Source: Octopus vulgaris
Taxonomy: Eukaryota
Direction: 5' to 3'
Length of the DNA stretch: 64,000 nucleotides
Assembly (NCBI GenBank): GCA_951406725.2
Contig: OX597821.1
Span: forward strand, 37,448,001-37,512,000
Shown here: piece by piece, positions 51,061 to 64,000 of the stretch
Numbering within the stretch: the first letter of the stretch is position 1
Layout of the letters: each line of letters opens with the position of its first letter
Program-made: the position numbers and the translations under genes
Notes under the pieces: model-generated
Databases searched by the model: none
Told to the model about the DNA's origin: nothing
What the model saw: the letters and a program-made list of their open reading frames with translations, nothing else

Positions 51061-52280
51061 ACCAGAGCGAGCTCTGGTCGCCATAGCGCTCACTGTGGTC
51101 TCGTAGCCGTGAACAGTGAGCCCAATGGCGCCCAGAGCGAGCTCTGGTCGCCATAGCGCTCACTGTGGTCTCGTGGCCGTGGACAGTGAGCCCAATGGCA
51201 CCCAGAGCCCAGCTCAACACACTCCTTATACCCTAAGTAAGTCATGTGTAAAATTTGAATGAAATTGGTTGTGTAGTTCTCAAGTTTTAGGGAAACACAC
51301 AGACAGACAGACACACATTCTCAGATACATAAAAGAATGAGAGTGGGTGATGTTTTGTTTGTTGGACCAATGTATTAAGGTAGTATTGTTTTATTGTTTT
51401 AAAACGAAAGAGGCAATGTGTTCGTTTCAAAAATAAAAAAGACAAACGTCCGCCAATGGGAAGACAGTTCATATTCGATTAGAGTACTCTGGGTATAATC
51501 ATAAAAGTGAAAAATGGAATTTTTAGGCAAATCAAACAGTGAAAAACCAAAAAGAAAAACATTAAAAAAAAATATAATATAGAAAATATAAAATTGAAAA
51601 ATTTAAATTAAATTGAAAATAAAAATTATTAAATTATATTTATAATTTGTTTAAAAATATATATAACTATGAAAAAGTATGAGAAAGTTTAATATACATA
51701 ACTACAGATATATACACTTTGTATATATACATTATATATACATATTTATATATAGAACACACACACACACATACATTATATATACATATTTATATATAGA
51801 ACACACACACACACATACATTATATATACATATTCATATATAGAACACACACACACACACACACATACATTATATATACATATTTATATATAGAACACAC
51901 ACACATATAAATGAACGCAAGAATATCTGATTCATAATATTTGTTCTCATGCTCGTGTGTTGTTGGTGACAGACAGATACGTAAAAGAACGTCGATGTAA
52001 TGGGAAGGTAAGAAACAGAGTGAGTGAAAAAGAGAGGAAATAGCGAGAGTGACAGATACTTTAAATAACGGTAGTGGAACTATCAAAGTTATACATAAAG
52101 GGGAGTGAGAGGGTACTGGAGGAAATAGCGTGAGTGAGGAAGATGGCTCCTAGCAACCACACCTTTTAAGATAGGGATTTCTAAGGTAGCCCACGAGCTT
52201 CGTCACCTATTTCTACATGTCCCTGTAAATTTTGGAGCGAATCGGACGGGACGTAGTGGCATTGAAAGCGATCCAAGCGG

Positions 52281-52327
<47 letters not shown>

Positions 52328-53739
52328 CTTATTATAAAAGGCAGATTTTATCTGCCTCCCTTTGTCAGTTATAGAAATCTACAATATAGGATTTCTTCAA
52401 TTACAATTTACCTAGCATTTTTAAGAGTAGAATGCATCGGGTCATGCCAGGTCCAGTTTTTAAAATTTAAACTCCAATTAAGCAAAATTTACAGAAAACT
52501 CACATTCTGGTGTGTATGTCAAATGCTTTTCTTAATGTGGTTTACACCACACGCACACACACAGTGTGCAACGAATAAAATGAAAGTAATTCACTGTGTG
52601 TGTGTTGACAGGTAGACAATAGAATGCGATGGCGATGGCGATGTAATATTTGTTTCTGTCTATCACGCTGATAGATACATGAGTAAAATGTATGGCAAGC
52701 TAAGAGATAAGAGTGAGTGAAAATGTTCTTGGAAGAGAGTAAATAGCGAGAGTGATTTGAGGAAGACTTTACATTAAATAACCGTAGTGGCTTGTATATA
52801 TATATATATATATACATACATAAGACAGTAAGGTGTGATTTGAGGGAGATTTGGCTGCTATTTCTACCATGTCTAGCTGCCATGTAGGGGTCTCCCTCAT
52901 AGGCTCATACATACATATATATATACATAGATAAGACAGTAAGGTGTGATTTGGGGGAAATTTGGCTGCTATTTCTACCAGGTCTAGCTACCATGTAGAG
53001 GTCCCCCTCATTGGCTCATATATATATACATACATAAGACAGTAAGGTGTGATTTGAGGGAGATTTGGCTGCTGTTTCTACCAGGTCTGTTAGGCCTTCT
53101 CATGTAAACTCAAGCTTTCTCATGCCTTGAACATAAGACCAAAGCAGAGAATGTATTCTTTTAATCTTCTGCTTTTTCCAGCCATTGGTCTGTGGCCATG
53201 CTGGGGCAATGCCTTGAAGAATTGTAGTTTAATGTAGGTCCAGTTTTTAAAATTTCAACCCCAATTAAGCAAAATTTAGAGAAAACTCACATTGTGGTGT
53301 GTAAGTCAAGTACTTTTCTTATTGTGGGCTAGAGCACACGCACACACACACACACACAAAAACGGAGCGATCTGATTCACTCACGCTATCACTCTAATGC
53401 CTACTCCTTTCTCTTTGCAAGTGTGCAACGATTAAAGTGAAACTATTTCTATAAAACGAGAGAAGTGTAACTTAAAAAACTACTAAAAAAACACAGCAAA
53501 CAGAAACAAATAAATACATAACGATTTACTCCTCACACAATTTCTTCAATTAGAGTTTACCCATGATTTTTCAAAGTACTTTCATTGGGTCATGCCATAC
53601 AAAATTTCTTTCAATTTTACCCCCAATTAAAACAAAATTCGAGAAAACTCAATATTTTAACATTTCACTCTGCATATTACTCCCACTTCCTCTTTACACA
53701 CATAGACACGCAAATATATAAATAAAATTGTAAGCTAAC

Positions 53740-53771
<32 letters not shown>

Positions 53772-54221
53772 GTGTGAGTGTGTGTGTGTGTGTGTGCGCG
53801 TCTGTGTGTGTGTGAGGGTGCGTGTGTGTCTGTGTGTGTGTGTGTGCGTGTGTGTGAGTGTGTGACAGGGATGAGCAAGTCAAACTGGTCATCCTTTTTG
53901 CTAGATCACCTAACATCTAAAGTTATCTCTAAGTAGCAGTCGCCCAAAAGTGTATATAGACACACACATGTATGTATAATGTGTGTGTATATATTTCCAT
54001 AGAGGTAACCATTCACTCCATACAAAGTTATTTAGGACGAATTGGACGAATATAAGATCTAAAGTATATCCAAGTAGCAGAAAGATCGCCCAAAAGTGTA
54101 TATAGATATTTAAATGTATTTATATATTCATCTATACACACATGTATGTATAATGTGTGTGTATATATTTCCATAGAGGTAACCATTCACTCCGCACAAA
54201 GTTTTTTAGGACGGACGAAAA

Positions 54222-55087
54222 TCTTTATATATAAAAGAAAGGTTGTGTGTCTGTCTACTCCGATTTAGATTCCTAACTACTCCCACATTTTGCGATGCAG
54301 TTTAACCAAAACCGGGTATCTTATAGTCGTGATTCATATCGAGCCGTTCTGGGTATTAGCGCGCGTCTATGATGAGTCTACGATTTTAAAAATAATTTAC
54401 CATCATTTTTTTCCATTTTAATGCATATATTTTTAAATAAAGGGAAGTAACACTCAAACTTCACACCAATATGCGTGCTCATATGCGACGTAATATCACA
54501 TCAGCAGCATTTCCTCACACCCTCCTTGCACTTGGCGAAGGCAAAGTGCACTTGGCGAAGGCAAAATACCAGGGTATGAAAATGGTAATATTGCCATCGA
54601 TTCCATTTGTACCATTGTTAAGACGCCTCCTGATCTCAGAGATGCAGTGTTCCCAGATCTACAAGCTAATTATCAGAATATGGATTGGATTGGCAAAAAG
54701 GCTATACTGGCCCCGAGGAATAAAACTGTTCACCATATTAATGATGAAATGCTAAAACTCATTCCTGGGGAAGTCTATGTATATCAGTCTATCGATACAA
54801 CTCCTGACCCAGAGGACGTCATCAACTATCCAATAGAGGTACTCAATTCCTTTGAGCACCCCGGACTACCACCACACTTTCTCAAGCTTAAAGTTGGTGC
54901 CCCTATAATGCTCATTAGAAATTTGGTTCCCCCAAAACAATGCAATGGCACACGTTTGATCGTTAAGTCCTTATCTCCCACCGTAAACTTATATCAATAT
55001 TTGCCTGGATAATCATCATAATTCAGTGCAATCATTAACAGTACTTTCAAGCAATTCAGCCCCGAGCAACGCCGGGCAATTCTGCTA

Positions 55088-55088
<1 letters not shown>
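54222..55088 (+). mobile_element. Family-A Helitron carrying a Pif1-like helicase fragment
   Basis: A|TC and hairpin-CTAG|T termini. ORF 54647-55012 has AILAPRNKTVHHINDEML, YPIEVLNSFEHPGLPPHFLKLKVGAPIMLIRNL and CNGTRLIV, which are Helitron RepHel/Pif1 motifs. Confidence 0.85.
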
Positions 55089-55143
<55 letters not shown>

Positions 55144-55717
55144 TAGCTGAAGTTGTCTGGATATATGTATGTATGTGTGTGTGTGTGTATACGTATGTAT
55201 GTGTAGAGACCTCTTTTGGCTCCACCTGAGTTTTGAAACTGAATGGGTAAATTTCCCCCTAACTATAGAGCCTTATTGTTCTGTTGAGGAACAATGTTGT
55301 TTTATTCAACCGATGGCCTTCCCAACATTTGATTGATGTATTTTCCTCTTGACCCATAACCCTTCTAGTTTGTAAAGGGTTTAAATAAATAATATAAGGG
55401 ATCTTTACCCTTTCAACGGCAGATCGAGAAATATATTTTTTGTAACTAAACACTTTCAACCTTCGGACACTAACCCTAACCCTAATGTGTCCTATAAAAC
55501 ATATTTTACTTTTAATGTTACTCTTGACCGCGGCTATGCTGGAGCATCGCCTTTAATCGAGCAACTCGACCCCGGGACTTATTCTTTTTGTAAGCCCAGT
55601 ACTTATTCTATCCTTAGCCAATCATATTGTCTGTTTTCATTTGAAATTATTAGCTGCATAGTGTTAATGTGACGTAGATAGCTATTTTGTGAGTGGGTAA
55701 GCAGTAAGCAAACAGCT

Positions 55718-55900
55718 GTGGTAGATGTGGTTATCATGGCAGTGGTGGTAGTGGTGACAATGGATGTGTATGATGGCAGCAATTATAGTGTTGGTGTTTT
55801 TGTAGAGGTGGTGGTGGTGGCGGCAGTGGATGATGATGATAATGATGATGATAGTAGTAGTAGTAGCATTGATTATGTTAGGATGTCTCATGGATGGTAG
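55718..55900 (-). repeat. Inverted copy of 18639-18812
   Basis: Near-identical reverse complement; both translate as MRHPNIINATTT...HLYKNTNTII. Confidence 0.85.
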
Positions 55901-56025
55901 TGTTGGTGTGTGTGTGTGTGTATGTATGGATCAAAACAGTTTGATTCAAATTCTGTGGTTCTTATATATTCATACATACATATACATGTAGATGTATATA
56001 ACATATATATATATTGTATGTAAAC

Positions 56026-56063
<38 letters not shown>

Positions 56064-56136
56064 GTATGCATCTATAATACACACACATTATAAATATATA
56101 CACATATATGCATATGCATTAGAATATGTGTGTATA

Positions 56137-56351
56137 TATTTCAAATCTACAGCAATACATTTACTTGTATATATTTATTAGTGTCAGTTTCTTTAACTCT
56201 GGAATTGATGTTAGACTTACTGCTAACATACCGTCCACATCACTGTTAGTTTGTAGCTTCTATCACTTCTATCGGACGGCGTTATCTTGTTACTAAAGAG
56301 ACTTACTTTATTACCAATAGTATCTATTGATTCTTTATCTTGAAAGAAAGA

Positions 56352-56357
<6 letters not shown>
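56137..56357 (+). repeat. Direct copy of 63459-63679
   Basis: 221 bp apparently identical, offset 7322. Confidence 0.9.
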
Positions 56358-56391
<34 letters not shown>

Positions 56392-56528
56392 ATATGTTTA
56401 TATATATATATATGTATATATGCATATGTTTGTATACATGTGTGTGTAGCTATTTAGGATCTACACAAATTTTATATATACTCCACGAAGTTTATGATAA
56501 GCGGAGATGTCTACATTTTAGTTAGCTA

Positions 56529-56794
56529 TTTACATGTTTACGTTAACTACGTCACAAAATAGCCGTTTACGTCACAGTAACAATATTTTGAGAGGCAGTA
56601 AATAATATGAGGCCGAAAGAAAGAATATCATTGGTTAAAATTCGAATTATTAAACAACGTTAAACTTAGAAATTACAATTCCGTTTTCATTTTGGTTTAC
56701 AATTATGTTTTCTTTTGACACATTCTACCAGTATACGAAGTCTCAAATTGTTTAGTTAACTAGGAAAATCTGGCTTTCAAAAAGAAAAGATCCG
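56529..56794 (-). repeat. Inverted near-identical copy of 17727-17992
   Basis: Reverse complement with only a handful of mismatches. Confidence 0.85.
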
Positions 56795-56869
56795 AATAAG
56801 CAAATAATATTTATAATTTCAGCCTTCACCAATAGTTTTCTGACATACAATCAATAACTAGGAATAGAT

Positions 56870-56941
<72 letters not shown>

Positions 56942-57270
56942 ATGTGTATGCGTGCGTGCGTGTGTATGTACGTGTGTATGTATAGAGTGTATTGTAATAG
57001 CTGTTTAACTGTGTTCGTCACAAACTGAACTGTGAAGGAAATGAATTTCTTTATGGATGGCTTGTCGTTTGTTTATCATTACCTCAACAAGAATGAAATG
57101 TAAAGAGAAATATATCGACTTGCAAAATACCAGAGATAAGTAAGATACTTATATAATCGACGAGAAAATGTTATTACACTATTTAGATCTAATTAGAGAA
57201 AACATTTCTAATTAATTTTCCCAGGTTTTATTAAAATTGAAATCTAATTACACTGAAATGAAAAAAAAAA

Positions 57271-60200
57271 AAAATGACATGCTGATAAATGAAATGAAAT
57301 ATCAGTCTGCTCGCATACAGAATCTGTTGGTAATTAAAATGCATAGCAAGATCTGTAATTGCATAAGACGTGTTAGCATTGAAAACAAAATTTCAATAAT
57401 CAATGACACGAGATATCAAAGAATTTAAGCTGGATATTTTTGATGACAAAAAAATTTGACGTTACAATAAATTAGGATATGTAAAAGGCATGTCATGAAA
57501 TAAAACTTTATTTACCGTTTAATATTACAGCGACTGCTATACTTTCTAATGACGCCGTTTCACTTTATAATTAATAAAAATATTGTAAGACTTCGTTTAA
57601 CGAAAACGTCTCAAACTTTTAACCCTCTTGCAGTTGTCATAAAAGCAGTTTCTCATGCAATATTCTCTATTTACATGCTATATACATACATGCATACACA
57701 CGTACGCATGCATTCATGCATGTATGCATACATATATGTATAAATATATAACGTATCTGTGTGTATACATTTTCCCGTGTGTTAAAACAATGGCGATTAA
57801 TCACGCCAGGCATGTCATGTGACGATTTCTTCCTTTTGTTAACTCAAACGTTGATGTGAATACAATTGTATTAACGATGGAAGTATAAAATAATGATTTA
57901 TTATTCTTACACAAAAGTATAAAATACTGGTGATATGAAAGATCGATCAAAACGATATCAACATATGTCCGGTATCTAGTTTATCGATTCCAGATAAAAG
58001 GCAAAGGTAACATTAGCAGAATTTGAACAAAAACATATAATTTAGTGTGACATCTTTGTTGTCATTCCATCGTCCACAATAATAAAAATGTTAAAAGAAA
58101 TAGGGATTTGACAGATTCCAAGGAGAGGTATATATTGGCGATTTAGCTTATCATACTGTATTAGTAGCTTATTTGTAAGTTAGTCGTCAGTAATGAAATA
58201 TTTTCTGGATTTGGGAAAACTTCAGTTTTTATGCAGCAAACTTACGTAATCCATGTTCCTGGGATCCTGATATGTTTTCTACGTGTTTAACATCGTTAGC
58301 CATGTAATGTTTATCAAAGATAAAGGTAAGCTGCTGAAGTTTTACTTTCCGGAGATGTTCTGTGTCTGTAGTTTCACTTGATTCCTCTAAGATACAATGC
58401 CTAACATCTAATAAGGATTTATCTAATTTTATCGAGTTAAGTTTCTGATATTTAAATGCGTTGGTTCTCCACAGGAAGATGTAATTACTGACATCCAGTG
58501 TTGATTAGTTTCCTCAATAGTATCATTGCTATCAACAAATGACTGCGAGTAGAAAGACTGGTGATGTATATCTTTAGTATGATACCCAATCGTGTATCAA
58601 GATTAGTACAATAGCATATATTTTTGTCTTTCGACGAGCGATACCTTTATTTTCTTATTCAATCATATATAAATTTGTCCAACACAGTAGTAATGCATTC
58701 TAATATTTCAACATTTTCATATAGTATCTTGTCTTTTCACTTTCGTTGGAGATTAGTAATTCCTTTTTTACGAGAGAAATATTTCGACATGAAGATAAAT
58801 AAAGAATATGTACGGCTTCATTTAATAAAGCTGTCCGTTGTGTTATCCACAATATTAACACAATGAAATTGTGCTATTCATGAGTTAGTATTAATTTATT
58901 ACGAATACATGTGCACAGCTTCATTTACACCTGAATTTTACTGTGAAGTTCTCTATTATTGTATTCAACCATTTCCTTGCAGGAGAAAGGTCGAATGAGC
59001 AAGAACTCTACAGACTCTTCGATACTGCTGATGGTGATACAGATGATGTTTAGGTTCAACATATGTAAGTCAACATCTGTGGGAGAAGGAAGACACTAAC
59101 GAAGTGGGTTCGTACGAAGACTCGATCTGAGACAAAGAATGGGTGACAAGATGAAAAGACTCAGGATTCCACCCCTTGGTGGAAGTGATAGGCAACTTGT
59201 TATTCCAAAGGGACTATGACCATAATAGTTACGATAAAATGGGAAAAGTAAGGAGACATTATGCCAAAAGTCGTATTCGATTGGCCTGTTAGTAGCAGAA
59301 GCGTCGTTCCAGGTACTGAAACAATATATCATAGTCAGTTTTTAACATAAATTTTATTAAGAGATAGCAAACGATCAGTACTGAAATACATCTGGGCCTG
59401 AAGAAGAGGAGGAGGACTGCCTTTGGGATGAAGTTATTGCTATGCTATTTATGTGAGATCGCCAGGAAAGATCTTGGCAATTATAGTAATTCAGTTATTA
59501 TAACTGCATGTTATCCAAGACCTGAGATGTTAGAATACATGATAGCTTTCTTCATAAAGAATTGATGAGCCTTTAGATTGTAAACAGAGAGAGAGACAAT
59601 TGCTATTTATCTGTTAAGGAATGCGTTTGAGATCTCTACTCACAAAGGTAAGCAGATTTGGTGTAACGCGTCTGGGTTGTATGTTGATGTCGCTTGCGTG
59701 AAAGTAAGCGAGCAATGTAAATCGGTATTTTATGCAAAGAAGTGAGCAGTGTTAGAGGAGACAAAAACAGATCACTTATTTATGGGAATAGCAGAAAATG
59801 ACATGCTGATAAATGAAATGAAATATCAGTCTGCTCGCATACAGAATCTGTTGGTAATTAAAATGCATAGCAAGATCTGTAATTGCATAAGACGTGTTAG
59901 CATTGAAAACAAAATTTCAATAATCAATGACACGAGATATCAAAGAATTTAAGCTGGATATTTTTGATGACAAAAAAAATTTGACGTTACAATAAATTAG
60001 GATATGTAAAAGGCATGTCATGAAATAAAACTTTATTTACCGTTTAATATTACAGCGACTGCTATACTTTCTAATGACGCCGTTTCACTTTATAATTAAT
60101 AAAAATATTGTAAGACTTCGTTTAACGAAAACGTCTCAAACTTTTAACCCTCTTGCAGTTGTCATAAAAGCAGTTTCTCATGCAATATTCTCTATTTACA

Positions 60201-62321
60201 TGCTATATACATACATGCATACACACGTACGCATGCATTCATGCATGTATGCATACATATATGTATAAATATATAACGTATCTGTGTGTATACATTTTCC
60301 CGTGTGTTAAAACAATGGCGATTAATCACGCCAGGCATGTCATGTGACGATTTCTTCCTTTTGTTAACTCAAACGTTGATGTGAATACAATTGTATTAAC
60401 GATGGAAGTATAAAATAATGATTTATTATTCTTACACAAAAGTATAAAATACTGGTGATATGAAAGATCGATCAAAACGATATCAACATATGTCCGGTAT
60501 CTAGTTTATCGATTCCAGATAAAAGGCAAAGGTAACATTAGCAGAATTTGAACAAAAACATATAATTTAGTGTGACATCTTTGTTGTCATTCCATCGTCC
60601 ACAATAATAAAAATGTTAAAAGAAATAGGGATTTGACAGATTCCAAGGAGAGGTATATATTGGCGATTTAGCTTATCATACTGTATTAGTAGCTTATTTG
60701 TAAGTTAGTCGTCAGTAATGAAATATTTTCTGGATTTGGGAAAACTTCAGTTTTTATGCAGCAAACTTACGTAATCCATGTTCCTGGGATCCTGATATGT
60801 TTTCTACGTGTTTAACATCGTTAGCCATGTAATGTTTATCAAAGATAAAGGTAAGCTGCTGAAGTTTTACTTTCCGGAGATGTTCTGTGTCTGTAGTTTC
60901 ACTTGATTCCTCTAAGATACAATGCCTAACATCTAATAAGGATTTATCTAATTTTATCGAGTTAAGTTTCTGATATTTAAATGCGTTGGTTCTCCACAGG
61001 AAGATGTAATTACTGACATCCAGTGTTGATTAGTTTCCTCAATAGTATCATTGCTATCAACAAATGACTGCGAGTAGAAAGACTGGTGATGTATATCTTT
61101 AGTATGATACCCAATCGTGTATCAAGATTAGTACAATAGCATATATTTTTGTCTTTCGACGAGCGATACCTTTATTTTCTTATTCAATCATATATAAATT
61201 TGTCCAACACAGTAGTAATGCATTCTAATATTTCAACATTTTCATATAGTATCTTGTCTTTTCACTTTCGTTGGAGATTAGTAATTCCTTTTTTACGAGA
61301 GAAATATTTCGACATGAAGATAAATAAAGAATATGTACGGCTTCATTTAATAAAGCTGTCCGTTGTGTTATCCACAATATTAACACAATGAAATTGTGCT
61401 ATTCATGAGTTAGTATTAATTTATTACGAATACATGTGCACAGCTTCATTTACACCTGAATTTTACTGTGAAGTTCTCTATTATTGTATTCAACCATTTC
61501 CTTGCAGGAGAAAGGTCGAATGAGCAAGAACTCTACAGACTCTTCGATACTGCTGATGGTGATACAGATGATGTTTAGGTTCAACATATGTAAGTCAACA
61601 TCTGTGGGAGAAGGAAGACACTAACGAAGTGGGTTCGTACGAAGACTCGATCTGAGACAAAGAATGGGTGACAAGATGAAAAGACTCAGGATTCCACCCC
61701 TTGGTGGAAGTGATAGGCAACTTGTTATTCCAAAGGGACTATGACCATAATAGTTACGATAAAATGGGAAAAGTAAGGAGACATTATGCCAAAAGTCGTA
61801 TTCGATTGGCCTGTTAGTAGCAGAAGCGTCGTTCCAGGTACTGAAACAATATATCATAGTCAGTTTTTAACATAAATTTTATTAAGAGATAGCAAACGAT
61901 CAGTACTGAAATACATCTGGGCCTGAAGAAGAGGAGGAGGACTGCCTTTGGGATGAAGTTATTGCTATGCTATTTATGTGAGATCGCCAGGAAAGATCTT
62001 GGCAATTATAGTAATTCAGTTATTATAACTGCATGTTATCCAAGACCTGAGATGTTAGAATACATGATAGCTTTCTTCATAAAGAATTGATGAGCCTTTA
62101 GATTGTAAACAGAGAGAGAGACAATTGCTATTTATCTGTTAAGGAATGCGTTTGAGATCTCTACTCACAAAGGTAAGCAGATTTGGTGTAACGCGTCTGG
62201 GTTGTATGTTGATGTCGCTTGCGTGAAAGTAAGCGAGCAATGTAAATCGGTATTTTATGCAAAGAAGTGAGCAGTGTTAGAGGAGACAAAAACAGATCAC
62301 TTATTTATGGGAATAGCAGAA
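57271..62321 (+). repeat. Tandem duplication of a ~2525-bp unit (57271-59796, 59795-62321)
   Basis: Identical ORFs at offset 2525. The only difference I saw is one extra A near 59976; the junction has AA microhomology. Confidence 0.95.
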
Positions 62322-62941
62322 CCTTGGGACACAACAGAGTTTATATAAACGTGGGTCGGGGAAGGCTTTTCTCCCCAGTGCAGACTATAAGAAACTTTCT
62401 AGTTAAGAAATGAGAATCAAATGTAGTCTAAAAGAGGGTAGTTTGTTCTGGAGATTCTCAAGACAAACAACCTCAAATGGTTCCATGATGCCAAATCCAA
62501 AGTCTAATATTGCTAGGAATTATATATCAATGATTAACAGCTAGTTATAGTAGCATAGAAAACATTGTAATTAAAATAGTCTGATTCAGTAGAAGTAATC
62601 GTACTGAGAATAACTCAGATCAATTATGAGATACTACTGTATAGAACTATAATAATATTAGTAAATAATATCAAAGACAACCGAACCGAGCTAAGAGAGA
62701 ACATGTTTTAAGTTAGGCATGCACCAATTAGATTCTAGTCCTAAGACCAGAGATGAAATAAAATTCTTCCACTTCTGTGTTTCGAAACGTTTGGGGATTA
62801 CAATGGACAATATCCACATAACTTATTACATGCTATAATTTAATGGATGAGAAATAATTATCATGATGCAGCTATTCAAATTATTAAATAAAAATGATGA
62901 ACCTTGTAATACCTGCAAACAAGACATCAAGATTACAGCCT

Positions 62942-63001
<60 letters not shown>

Positions 63002-63143
63002 AGGTGAATGAATTATCCTAGCATGGAAAATTCGTTTAACCGATACCTGGGTAGCAAATTCACGTCAGAAAACACGGTTGAAACATGTGTCGAGAGTAAA
63101 GGAATTTTGTTAACATCTTCGTTCGACTCCATTCTTTCATTTA

Positions 63144-63189
<46 letters not shown>

Positions 63190-64000
63190 ACCGTCTTGTT
63201 CTAAGTGAATTACATAAAGTCTATTTTAGTGGTGCTCCACGACCCAGATAACGAAAGCCGCCTTTGCCTTTGACTTTGCCTTTCCTCTTTTCGGAGCCAA
63301 TGAAATAAACACCAGCTAAGCACTGGGGTCGACGTTATTCATTTATCCCTCCCACCAAATTGCTAACCTTGTGCCAACATTTGAAACGAATATTAAGAAA
63401 ATTATTGTCACCTGAATTTTTTAATCAAAATATTAGCAGCTCATTGGAGGTTTCTAATTATTTCAAATCTACAGCAATACATTTACTTGTATATATTTAT
63501 TAGTGTCAGTTTCTTTAACTCTGGAATTGATGTTAGACTTACTGCTAACATACCGTCCACATCACTGTTAGTTTGTAGCTTCTATCACTTCTATCGGACG
63601 GCGTTATCTTGTTACTAAAGAGACTTACTTTATTACCAATAGTATCTATTGATTCTTTATCTTGAAAGAAAGATGAATAACATCCAATGCATTTTAAGTT
63701 AATGAACCATAACATGAAAATATGAACCATATAACGGAAAATAGCATTTTACTCAGCAAAGTTCGGTAGCGAAGAAATTTGCTTGTATCAATAACAATAC
63801 ATAAGATCGATAATATTTTCAGGTTTCTTTACGTTTCCAGTCTAGCAGTGCCATTTTATCTGGCATTGTTGGCGCTAAGCAGAAGAAAAACGATTCTTAC
63901 TAGCAGACATATACAATAACGTGTTTAGAACTCTAATTTTGTTTCCTTTATGTCTTCTTGCTAACTGTGTGATCATCAACACAAGTAAAATAACAACAAC

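Noticed and set aside
55471-55485. Telomere-like taaccctaaccctaa
   Set aside because: Only about 2.5 units inside a repeat fragment.
58982-59800. Possible exon (ELYRLFDTADGDTDD, EF-hand-like) and faint APE-endonuclease-like words (SIGLLV, EEEEDCLWDEV)
   Set aside because: The frame closes immediately and the similarity is too weak to call without a homology search.
63630-63662. Candidate minus-strand 32-nt micro-exon (ttctttcaag...gtaagt); another on plus at ~8688-8716
   Set aside because: Splice-like words are common in AT-rich DNA; no supporting gene structure is visible.

Overview
AT-rich, microsatellite-laden eukaryotic DNA. The repeat content is most consistent with a cephalopod (Octopus-type) genome, which is an inference. 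I see no recognisable host protein-coding gene; almost every real ORF is transposon-derived. The window holds a near full-length L1/Tx1-clade LINE (33.1-38.3 kb) and three ~1.7-kb ORF1-only retroelements (a tandem pair at 2.5-5.85 kb, a divergent copy at 31.4-33.1 kb). These elements and a tRNA-headed SINE (25.2 kb) all end in the same ~45-nt 3' tail. Also present are RTE and CR1-like LINEs, an REL-endonuclease LINE fragment, Tc1/mariner relics, many non-autonomous Helitrons (one carrying a helicase fragment), Penelope-type pieces with hammerhead ribozymes, a 29-bp minisatellite and a 2.5-kb tandem duplication. The strongest signal is in the first ORF1-only copy, which carries a ~380-bp block of almost exclusively A-to-G changes relative to its twin, with the direction set by the third copy. 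This looks like an ADAR hyper-edited RNA reverse-transcribed back into the genome. The edited block coincides with the only coding segment that two subfamilies share at high DNA identity. All alignments and counts were done by eye and are approximate.
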